From the NCBI RefSeq assembly GCF_009914755.1, contig NC_060937.1: DNA of 64,000 nucleotides, one strand, 5' to 3'. The translations under genes were made by a program, and so were the position numbers. The notes beneath the pieces are model-generated. The model was not told where the DNA came from, ran no database searches, and saw only the letters and a list, made by a program, of their open reading frames with translations. Shown piece after piece: positions 29,721 through 41,184 of the stretch. Position 1 is the stretch's first letter. Each line of letters starts with the position of its first letter. This stretch comes from the human T2T-CHM13v2.0 reference genome, Homo sapiens.

Positions 29721-31024
29721 CTTTCTACCCCTCTTTCTTTTCTTTCTTCTCTTCTTCCATCCTTCACTCATTGCTTTCCTCTTATCTTTTTCTTGAGTAT
29801 TTCTATGAGCTTATGAGTAGATATGTGAAAAATAACTAGATCATTTCCTGCTAAGTTTAAGAAAAATAATTAAATGCCCTTTATCTCTATCATTGCAATG
29901 AGAATATTGCAGTGAAACTATTAGGCCATGCAAATAGTAAACAAAACTCCATAAGGAATTCTTTTTTATCTAACAGTTAAAATCAATTTTTATAAAATTT
30001 AATATACGTCCCTTTTAGTCTCAACTTGTTTTTAATCATATCCTTTGGCTTCTCATTATTCATATCTCTACTATTTATCTAATTATTTCTACAGATATTA
30101 AAATAAAATAAAATAAGAAGCATACAGTCAGATTATAGAAGTTAATTAGGTATTAAAGCATAAAACATTTATGGATGCCACAAACAATTATGGATGTCAT
30201 TAATAGAAAAGAAAGAACAAGGTTGATCATGTTGTGTATAAGTATCATAGTGAAGATAACAGGGGATGTCAGGTATCTAACTTTTATATGAAGGGTAAAA
30301 TAGCCTTATAAAATAACATAAATAATATATAGCAATTAAATAACTGTGTGTTGTTAGGATGATGGAATGTACCTGTTAACAGTGACATGTAAATTATTAC
30401 TGAAGAGGTTTTTGGTAAGAATAAAATGAAAACAGAGAATATCTTCACAAGAAAACAATGTTATGTTTTCACTCTTCTACAACTGGAGACCGAATTCAGA
30501 AGTATTAATACAATACAAGTTAATGCTCATAGTAATCTATGGCCATCGAAACTAACAATTGCTAGACAATGTATAGGACAATTAAGAACTATATAAAGTT
30601 TAAAACAGTACAAAGCTGAACACATTCTACTAAATATTTGCCAATAATGTAGAAAGAACTAATATACTTAAAACTAGCAATGTCAATGAAAATGCATATT
30701 TTACATACAAAATATTACACACATATTAATTTTTCTCACTGTACCTTATGTGCTCATAAAAAATATATAAAACTTCAAAATTTGTAGAAAAGGGAAATAT
30801 CTGTTTTTCCTTAAATTGCATACTTTAATTGCCTTGTGATGTCTTTAACTTTTCTACCATCTCATTATTGTCCTAATTTAATGATAAAAAGTCCTTGGGC
30901 TTATTATAAAACTTTTGCGTCAGTATTTAGAAAAATAAATTTAAATATTATATAATAAAACTGCCCATTTCTAGAAAAACAGGACATATTACAGTTAAAA
31001 TTACTTTTAAAATCTCCTTAGATT

Positions 31025-31575
31025 AAAAATTTTGGTAAAATACACATAAAATTTACCATCTTAACCATGTTCAAGTTAGTACATGTAGAGTTTAATAGTG
31101 TTAAGTACATTCATATTGTCATGCAACAAATTTCCAGAACTCTTTTTATTTTACAAAACTGAAACTCTATACCCATTAAACAACAACTACCTATTCTCCC
31201 CTTCGCATAGACCCTGGCAACTATTCTTCTACTTTTGGTCCTTGTGAATTTGCTTACTCTGAGTCCCTCATAAAATTGGAATCATACATGTTTGTCTTTT
31301 TGTGACACTGACTTACTTCATTTAGCATAGTATCCTCAAGGTTCATCCATGTTGTTGCATATGTAGGAATTTCCTTCCATTTTCAGGCTGAATGATACTC
31401 CTTTGTATGTATACTGCATACCACAACTTGTTGATTCATTTAACATGGTAGACTCTTTAGTTGCCTTTATCTTTTGGCTATTGTCAATAGTGCTGCCATG
31501 AATATAGGTATACAAATATCTATTCAAATATCACAGTCACCCTGTTTTCAATTATTTTGTGAAAATAACCAGAAA
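31025..31575 (-). mobile_element. L1MB-like 3' end
   Basis: AAAATTTACCATCTTAACC...AAAACTGAAACTCTATACCCATTAAAC...TCCTCAAGGTTCATCCATGTTG. Confidence 0.88.
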
Positions 31576-32888
31576 TTACAAATTTTATTAAACTGCATCC
31601 ATGCTATAAATACTAATAAAATATTTATGCAAATATAAATTTTTACATTAACTGGCTAAATTTATAAAGTTTAATAAACTCACTTTAGGCATTTGTATCT
31701 CTTGCCTATGCACATTCTTCAACTGTTTTTAATAGCTTTTATTTATTTTTCTAATGGGTACCCCAGATTTCAGAAACCCCTCACCACAGGAAACCTTTTT
31801 CATATACACATTTGAATTTATTCTTATTGTTCTTTCTTCTCCATCTAAAGTATTATATTTTCCTCTCAAACACATCTAGTTACCTATAAAATGAGTGTTA
31901 AATTATATATTAAATTTGCTCTTTAAACATAATACAGTTGGATCTTATAAACGTTTCTTGAAAATTATTGTATAATGAAAATTTAAATAAAAATGTAACC
32001 ACTTCCACAATGTCAGTCTTCTTATATTTTCAAGTGCCAAGCTGTGTTTAAAGATGTTTTGTGTTCAGTTTTATTTCTTGAGAAAGAAATTGTACTGTAC
32101 CCACAAATGAGCTCCAGTTAAGACAGGAGGAAATTTGTTTATTAAAGTTGGCACTAAACTAGCATAAATTATTTAGAAGTTAATGTTCTCACCTTTAATC
32201 AAGATAAAGACCCATGTGCTTTTAAAGTTATTTTACTAAGGAGTTATATTTCTTCAAAAATATATTTATTAAAAGGAAAACTTTATTATGTTTTCTAGAT
32301 ACAAAGCTATCCTAGATTGCTTTTATTTTATGTATTTGTTGTTTCAAGTATTTCCACCTCCTGTATAATTTGTATGAAAAAGTAATCATCCAATTTGCAA
32401 TATCTCACCTAGGTCTTGGCAAAATACAATCTGTGAGGTTTCAAATTTAATTCAGTTTAACACTGTGGAAGTTTGAAGCACAATATCTAGTTTAGAAGCA
32501 ATCTGGGGAGGTAGGATGAAAGAGGCTATGGGAAGCACCTGTCAGTTTTGGCATGTCTCGTGAGCATAAACCATACCAACCACTTATAAGCACTATGATG
32601 ATATGCCATGAACAGCATTACATTGCATTAATCAGGAATTTTTCTAAATAGTGTTTTTCAGATTCACCAAAACTATAAGGGTGGTCACTCCGATGATACT
32701 TTTTAACTTTGAAAACATACTTACACATTTATGTTTGAAAGGTGCATGTTCATAAATTATTTATATGCATTTAAAATAATGTTTGATATGTTGCTCATAA
32801 AAAAGAAGAAAAGCAAACAAAAACAAAAACAAAACAAAAAAAACAACCCACGCAAATCCAGTTATACTCACTGAGATAAAAAATATCT

Positions 32889-33015
32889 GGCTACTTCGGA
32901 AGCTGAGGAAGAAGGATCCCTTGAGCCCTGGAATTTCAGGCTGCAGTGAGCTATGACAAGGACACTACTGCACACCTTCCTGGGCAATTGAATGAGACCA
33001 TGTGTAAAAAAAAAA
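32889..33015 (+). mobile_element. Old Alu monomer fragment (FRAM/AluJo right arm)
   Basis: GCTACTTCGGAAGCTGAGG...CTTGAGCCC...GCTGCAGTGAGCTATGA plus an A tail. Confidence 0.85.
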
Positions 33016-33049
33016 TCTATTTATCTGTCTATCATCTTATATCTATCTA

Positions 33050-34420
33050 ACAAGTGGGAAACAAAGGTCCTCCAATATCCTAGCAGACCTACAAATGTTT
33101 GTAATTATTTAATTGTTTGGGACTGTGGGTATCCAGGTTTCTTGCCAATCATGGCTGTTGGCACAATCCAGTATTACCCAACCAGACTATGAAGGAATTC
33201 TACTGTGCCTCCTGGCCCCTGGGCTTTCTGCAGGTTGACATCCCATTCTCTGGATGACAGGTGCTCTAGAACTTATTGGGTAGTCTTCTGCAAGACTCAA
33301 ACCTGTAGCTATCATATCATTCACATAATGCTCCCAGTGAATGCTGTATATATCACTCAAAACAGCCAGGTCCCCCAGCCACCAACTATGGCAGATAGTG
33401 GGACGATGTAAGTACATCTGAAGGAGTGCCTGATTCATTGTTGACCCTCCAAAGTGAGGGCAAACATATCCTGGAAGTTTGGGTCTAAGGGTATGCTAAA
33501 GAAAGCATTTGCTGAATCGGGACAGTATGCGAACTACCTAACCAAGTAGTCGGCCTTTCTAAAATTTGAGTCACATTTGGGACAGCAGCTTGTATGGCGA
33601 AGGTCATCTCGTTTAGTTGCTGGAAATCAACTATCGTCCTCCAGGTGCCATCAGGCTTTGTTACCAACCATGCAGTGATGCTGTATGGGCTCTGTGCAGG
33701 ATGCACAATGCCCACCTTCTCCAGTTTCTGAATAGTAGCCTCTATCTCAGTGCCCTCCTGGAAGACGTTATATATACACCACTAGTCCAGAGGAGGGTAA
33801 CACCACTGGCTTCCATTTAACTTCCCTTTGGAGCAAGCCTTCTGTCATTCTAACCCAGAGATGGAATTTGACTACTGCAAATTGTTTCAAAGGAAGCTCC
33901 CAGGAAAGTATCTATCCCCTACATGTTTCCTGGGATTGGGGAGATGTTGGCCCATTGTAGGGTGGGTGGAGCATGCCTAATTTGCAACAATAAATGTGTT
34001 CATCTCACAGGACTGGCTGAATCTCTGTATCCATCTATATAAACTAGATGTCCAGAAAATTTGTGAGGATTACCATGTATTGGAGTATATGCAGCTAAGT
34101 ATCTACCAGAGCCTAAACTCTTTGTTTCAAGGGGACCAATGAATCACTATTTCCACATGGGGCCTTTGGTCTCCCTGAATGACCCTACCTTGAGGGGAGC
34201 TTTGCCCTTCCTGTCACAGTAGGGGCCACGGTGCTCACCTCCCCTCATCTTCAGTTTCTTCGAGACAGTCTGGAGGTTTAGGATTAACCCTAGTGGTGTA
34301 CTCTGCTGTCCTGGCATGAAGAATTTCCAGTCTAAGGAGAGATACATTGGGTTGTCTATTTTCCTTTTCTCCATAACTACCTTCAGAAGATGTTGCCACA
34401 TTTAATTCCTCAATACCCAT
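33050..34420 (-). mobile_element. Decayed class III (ERV-L-like) gag end, pro and RT fragment
   Basis: ORF 33485-33715 SPYSITAWLVTKPDGTWRTIVDFQQLN (RT N-terminus); ORF 33187-33438 LQMYLHRPTICH...HYVND (LPQGY and YIDD remnants); ALVDT protease remnant ~34100. Confidence 0.88.
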
Positions 34421-34437
34421 TTTGCTATATCTCTTTA

Positions 34438-34553
34438 CTTTCCCTCCCTCCCTCCTCCCTCCCCTCCCCTCCTCCCTTCCTCCCTCCCTCCCTCCCTTCC
34501 TTCCTTCCTTCCTCCATTTTTTCTTCCTTCTTTCCTTCCCTCCTTTTTTTTTC
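34438..34553. repeat. (CCCT)n/(CCTT)n polypyrimidine tract
   Basis: About 115 bp almost exclusively C/T. Confidence 0.95.
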
Positions 34554-34574
34554 TGTTTCTCCACTGCCAGCAGG

Positions 34575-34630
34575 TAGGTGTGGAGTTAGGTTTCAACATT
34601 TGAATTTTGGGGGGACACAAACAATAGCAT
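34575..34630 (-). mobile_element. 5' tip of an MST/MLT1A-type LTR
   Basis: TTAGGTTTCAACATTTGAATTTTGGGGGGACACAAAC...ATAGCA. Confidence 0.7.
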
Positions 34631-36449
34631 CAAACACAAACAATACTAATCATTTATAATTCTTATTAAAGAGCTGCTTGTAATTTTTAATTTGTAAAGG
34701 CAAGTAGATTTTCCTTGTTTTTGTTAATTATCCAAGGATATGATTTAATATTATCTCCCTTATTATGTAGCTTGCTTCTTGCTTCATGAACCTTGTTACA
34801 AATCACAAATATTCCTAATATTTTATTATGCTCTTACTCAAAATATATGCTGTAAGAACCAAAACTATACGTAATTTATAGAAACACACATATATATATA
34901 TTATATGTGTTTTGTTCCAATACATTAAAAAAAATCTTATGGATTTGACATTGGGAAATATTCTAGATGGCCTGCTGTAGGATTTTTCTTGCTATGCCGA
35001 AATCAGTGTCAAAGACACTGAATGCTATGACTTGTGTTCCAGATATATGTAGAAATGAGAGTCCATTTTGAAAAGCCATCTGATAAAACATGTTGCTCAT
35101 AATTTACCTTGTAAATTACATTGTAGTACCTTCCCAGCATTAGTAAATTAGAACCTTAATCACAACCTGACAATACTGCCTGTTTAAATTTGCATATCAA
35201 ATGAATCTTCAACAAAAGAGATTAACCATCTTTCTTTTTCCAAAATAGAATCAAATACAGGGTTAGCATAACAATATTATTTTTAAATGCCTTTCAAGTA
35301 CAAAATATAACATTTAAAAACAAATAGTTTGTCAGAGTGAATAGTCATATATACCTTAAGTGAAACAAAATAAAAATGAGCAAAATATAGACCATTTATT
35401 TGTAGTAAGGCTTCTAGTTTTTTTCATCTTATTTTAACTTACACATTTAAAAACAAGGTCTAGTATTTATTTTCACAACATTATTATTGAGACCAATTAA
35501 TTTTTTCTTCCTTCCTTTACTTCCAACCATGTATTTATGCCTATTCTTTTTCCGACTATTACAAATAATATTGTATTTTATGTTTTGAATTTTTTCATCA
35601 ATACCTTTTCAAACAAATTTTAAATATAAATTGATTGTTCAGAAATAGCCACTAGATATTAAGAATTTTTCTACATGCACTGTTTGCTTCCATCCTATAA
35701 TCACCCACTTACATAATCCTTGAACATTTTTTATTTTAATTCTGGGCGATTCCATAGTGCAAGAAGCATTTATTTTTTCCATTTTTAATAGAATATTTTG
35801 TATGTTGATTTTATTCTTCTTGTAGTTGTTTTCAGTTTCATTAAAAGGTTCTATAATAAATCAGTATTGCTTTTACTTTATTAATTGGTACTCTAAAAAA
35901 TGATTACAAAATGAACAATTGTTTAGATTCCTGGAACACAATCCAACCTTTGCACTCTAAAAGTTAAACACCATAAACTTCCAAATAATAGTCTAGTACA
36001 GATAATCGCTAGAAACATTACACACTGACTAGCTCTAAAAATAGCAGTATTTTTCAAGTTTTCATCCAAAATGTTGGAAAATATTGGTTACTTGACTACA
36101 CACTGCTATATTTTACCCTATTAAATTTTCATGAGCTCACATAATACAAAGTGCTGACTACATGCATGGCCACACACTTCCTCTTCTCATAGAACCAAAT
36201 GTATATGGCATTTACTAAACAGATTCAAAAGTGGCATGGTATGTTTCAACAACACCAGCTCCTTCAAGAGTGCTAAATGAAGAAAGTGCTAGCACATGAC
36301 AATTTAGAGAAGTAATAGACTTTCAAATTATCTAGTGTACAGATTGCATGACGTTTTAAAGACAAGAGCTTTATTCTGTCCTTATTGGATTAAGCGCTTA
36401 TTAGTGAAAATACCTCTTGAGATGCTTGAGAGGCAATAGAGAATTCGAA

Positions 36450-36675
36450 AGCACTGTAGCATCACAGTTGGGAAATTGGGCATTGGATTTCAACCAGTAG
36501 TTTTACCTGGCTCTACTTTTTATAAGCTATTTCACTGTGAAAAAGTTATTTAACCGTTACCTGGCCTTATTTTTTTCTCATCTATATAATATAAGAGATA
36601 ATTTTGAATCCCTTAGAGTTTGGTTGTGGGGATTAATTAAAATATTTTAAGAAGTAAATATTTTAAAAAATGCTT
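36450..36675 (+). mobile_element. MIR SINE
   Basis: Core AAGTTATTTAACC...TTCTCATCTATATAAT...GGTTGTGGGGATTAA. Confidence 0.7.
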
Positions 36676-36771
36676 AGAGTTTCTGAACTGCAGTTTGAGA
36701 TTCTACATATAAAGAGGGGGATCTTTTAATATTTTTGCTTATTGTAAGCAAGAGCTGAACAAACAAATATC

Positions 36772-39700
36772 CTTCCTCAACAAGACCTCCAAACTTTTAC
36801 CAGAGTAACTGTGCATTGCAAAAAGAGGAATAATCAGACTTTTGGGGAATGAATGGACACTGGCTCAGAGGTGATATTGACTCCAGGGAACCCCAAACAT
36901 CATTGTGGTCCTCCAGTTAAAGTAGGGGTTTATGGAAGTCAGGTAATTAATGGAGTGTTTGCTCAGGTCTGATTTACAGTGGGTCCATCCTGTGGTCATT
37001 TCCCCAGTTCCAGAATGCATAATTGGCATAGACATTACTTAGTAGTTGGCAGAACTCCCACATTAGCTGCCGGATTGGTAGGGGAGGGGTATTACAGTGG
37101 GAAAGGCCAAATGGAAGCCTCTACCTAGAAAAATAGTAAATCATAAACAATATTGCATCCCTGGAGGGATTGCAGAGATTTGTGCCATCATCAAGGAGTT
37201 GAAAGATTCAGGGGTGGTGATTCCCATCAGATGCCCATTCAACTCTCCCAATGGGCCTGTGCAGAAGACAGATGAATCCTGAAGAATGAGAGTGGATTAT
37301 CATAAGCTTAACCAAGTTGTGACTTTAATTGCAGCTACTGTACCGGATGTGGTTACATTGCTTGAGCAAATAAACAAATCTCCTGGTTTTTAGTATGCAG
37401 CCATTGATTTGGCAAATTGCCTTTTTCTCCATTTCTGTGCATAAGGCCCACCAGAAGCAATTTGCCTTTAGGCAAATTGGACCTTTACTGTCCTACCTCA
37501 GGGGTATATCAACTCTCCAGCTTTGTGTCATAATCTTGTTCAAAGAGACTTTGATTGCTTTTCGCTTCCACAAGATAGCACGCAGGTCCATTACATTGAT
37601 GACAGTATGCTAATTGATTGGATCCACTAAGCAAGAAGTAGCATTGGTGAGACATTTGCATGCCAGGGGATGGGAAACAAATTCAACTAAAATTCAGAGA
37701 ACTTCTACCTGAGTAAAATTCCTAAGGGTCCAGTGGTATGGGGCCTGTTGAGATATTCCTTCTAAGGTGAAAGATAAATTGCTTCATTTGGCCCCTCCTG
37801 CCCCAAGAAAGAGACACAATGCCTAGTGTGCCTATTTTGATTTTGGAAGCAACATATTCTTTATTTGGGTGTGTCACTCCAGCCCATTTATTGAGTGACC
37901 CAAAAGGCTGCCAGTTTTGAGTGGGGTCCAGAACAGGAGAAGGCTCTGCAACAGTTCCAGACTACTGTGCAAGATGCTCTGCCACTTGGGCCATATAACC
38001 AGAAGATCCAATGGTGCTTGAGGTGTCAGTGGCAGATTGGCATGCTGTTTGGAACCTTTGGCAGACCCCATAGGTGCATCACAGTGGAGGCCTCCAGAAT
38101 ATTGGAGCAAGGCCCTGCCATCTTCTGCAGATAACTACTCTCCTTTTGAGAGAGCTCTTGGCCTGTTACTGGGCTTTGGTAGAAACTGAACGTTTGACTA
38201 TGAGTCACCAAATAACCATGCTACTTGAACTACCTATCATAAACTGGGTGCTTTCTGACTCATCTAGCCATAAAGCGGGTCATGCACAGCAGCATTCCGT
38301 CATCAAATGGAAGTGATATATATGGCACTGGGCTTGAAAAGGTCCTGAAGGTACAAGTAAGTTACACGAGGAAGTGGCTCAAATGCCCATGGTCCCCACT
38401 CTTGCCACCCTGCCTTCTTTCCCCCAGCCTGCATCAATGGCCTCATGGGGAGTTCCCTATGATCAGTTGACAGAGGAAGAGAAGACTAGGGCCTGGTTCA
38501 CAGATGGTTCTGCATGATATGCAGGCACCACCCAAAAGTGGACAGCTGCAGCACTACAGCCCCTTTCTAGGACATCCTTGAAGGACAGTGGCAAATGGAA
38601 ATTTTCCCAGTGGGCAGAACTTCAAAAAGTGCACCTGGTTATTCATTTTCCTTGGAAAAAGAAATCCCCAGATGTGCAATTATATACTGATTCATGGGCT
38701 GTAGCCACTAGATTGGCTGGATGGTCAGGGACTTGGATGAAGCATGATTGGAAAATTTGAGACAAAAATTTGGGGAAGAGGTATGTGGATGAATTTCTTA
38801 CAGTGGTCAAAACTGTGAAGATATTTGTATCTCATATGAGTGCTCACCAAAGGGTGATCTCAGCATAGGAGGTTCTTACTAATCAAGTAGATAGGATGAC
38901 TCATTCTGTGGACACCACTCAGCCTCCTTCCCCAGCCATTCCTGTCATTGCCCAATGGGACCATGAACAAAGTGGCCATGGTGGCAGGGATGGAGGTTAC
39001 GCATGGGCTCAGCAACATGGACTTCCACCAACCAAGGTTGACCTGGCTACGGCCACCACTGAGTGCCCAATTTGCCAGCAGCAGATACCAACACTGAGCC
39101 CTTGATATGGCACCATTCCTCGGGGTAATCAACTGGCTACTTGGTGGCAGGTTAATTATATTGGACCTCTTTCATCATGGAAAGGGCAGTGGTTTGTCCT
39201 GACTGAAATAGACACTTAATCCAGATAGAGGTTGCTTATCCTTCACACAATGCTTCTACCAAGACTACCATCAGTGGATTCACAAAATGCCTTATCCACC
39301 TTCATGGTGTTCCACGTAGCATTGCCTCTGACCAAGGCACTCACTTTAGCTAAAGAAGTGTGTCAGTGGGCTCATGCTGATGGAATTTACTGGTCTTCTC
39401 ATGTTCTCCATTCATTCTGAAGCAGCTAGATTGATAGAATGTGGAATGACCTTTTGAAATCACAATTATAACACTAACTAGGTGACAATACTTTGCAGGG
39501 TTGGGAAAAAAAGTTATCCATAAGGCTGTGTATGCTCTGAATCAGTGTCCAATATATGGTACTGTTTCTCCCATAGCCAGGATTCACAGGTCGAGGAATC
39601 AAGGTGTGGTAGTGGAACCAGCATCACTCACCATCACCCCTAGTGACCCACTAGCAAAATTTTTGCTTCCTATTTTCACATTATGTTATGCTGGCCTAGA

Positions 39701-40496
39701 GGTCTTAGTTCCAGAGAGAGTAGTGCTGCCACCAGGAGACACAACAACGATTACATTAAACTGAAAGTTAAGATTTCCACTCAGCCATTTTGGGCTCCTC
39801 CTGCTTCGAAGTCAACAGGCTAAGAAGGGAGTTACAGTGTTGCCTGTGGTGATTGAACCAGACTATCAGGAGGCAATCAGTATATTACTTCACAAGGGAG
39901 GCAAGGAGGAGTATGCATGGAATACAGGAGCTCTTTTAGGCCATCTTTTATTATTGCCATGCCCTGTGATTAAGGTCAATGGGAAACTACAATAGCCCAA
40001 TCCAGGCAGGACCACAAATGGCCCAGACCCTTCAGGCATGAAGGCTTGGGTCACTTCGCCAGGTAAAAAACCACTACCTGCTGAGGTGCTTGCTGAAGGC
40101 AAGGGGACTACACAATGAGGAGCAGAAGAAGGTAGACATCAATACCAGCTATGACCACATGACCAGTTGCAGAAATGAGGACTAAAATTGTCATATTTCC
40201 TCCTCCTTTTGTTAAGAACATGTTTGTGCATGTATAGACTTGTACTAAAAATGTATCTTCATTTTTATTTCCTTTTTCCTTTATCGTGTGATATAAGATT
40301 TATTGACTTTGTATCAGTATTTAAATGTTTTTAAATGTATGTAATGGCATTTGTGTTGGGAATTGGTGCACTTTCGGGTTGTACAAAGGATAGCTGTATT
40401 ATGTTAGGCATACTTGTGACTTATTATTGTCTTTATTTGAAGATTATGTATGATTTCAGGAGATGTGTATGGGTTCAAGTTTACAAGCCATGGACT
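36772..40496 (+). mobile_element. HERV-L internal region (pro-RT-RNaseH-IN-dUTPase), 5'-truncated and non-coding
   Basis: DTGS protease motif at 36856; YIDD at 37592-37603; RNaseH YTDSWAVA; integrase HEQSGH...CPIC; dUTPase-like LPPGDTT downstream of IN. Many stops and frameshifts. Confidence 0.95.
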
Positions 40497-41034
40497 TGTG
40501 ATGGTTAATACTGAGTGTCAGCCTGACTGGATTAAAGGATGCAAGGTATTGTTCCTGGGCGTGTTTGTGAGGGTATTGACAAAGCACACTAATGTTCGAG
40601 TCAGTGGACTGGGAAAGGCAAACCCAGCCTCAATCTGGGTGGGCACCATCTAGTAAGCTGCCAGCATGGCTAGGATAAAAGCGAGCAGAGGAACATGGAA
40701 GGACTAAACTGGCTGAGTCTTTCAGCCTTCATTTTTCGCCCATGCTGGATGCTTCCTGACCGTGAACATCAAACTCCGAGTTCTTCAGCTTTTGGACTCT
40801 TGGACTTATACCAGTGGTTTTTCAAGGGCTCTCGAGCCTTTGGCCACAGAATGAAAGCTGCACTGTTGACTTCCCTACTTTTGAGGTTTCGGAACTCGGA
40901 CTGGCTTCCTTGCTCCTCCGATTGTAGCCAGCCTATTGTGGGACTTGACCTTGTGATCATGTGAGTCAGTACTCCTTAATAAACTCCCCTTTATATATAC
41001 ATCTATCCTATTAGTCCTGTCCCTGACTAATACA
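40497..41034 (+). mobile_element. MLT2A 3' LTR of HERV-L
   Basis: TGTGATGGTTAATACTGAGTGTC...AATAAA...CCCTGACTAATACA. Confidence 0.95.
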
Positions 41035-41184
41035 TGGGGATTAATTAAAATATTTTAAGAAGTAAATCTTGTTAAAAACGCTTGGAGTTTCTGGACTCCA
41101 GTTTCAGGTCCCACATATAAAGGGCTGAACAGAACTTTTTTTACTCCTGCTTATTGTAAGCAAAATCTGAACTAACTGAATATC
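41035..41184 (+). repeat. Direct duplicate of 36627-36771, flanking the HERV-L
   Basis: The first 33 bp are identical; roughly 80% identity overall by eye. Confidence 0.92.

Noticed and set aside
34235-34659. G/R/E-rich and P/S-rich ORFs
   Set aside because: Translations of the CCCT/CCTT simple repeat.
37097-39764. HERV-L pol and dUTPase ORF pieces as a possible domesticated gene
   Set aside because: Numerous stops and frameshifts; no listed piece exceeds about 90 aa.
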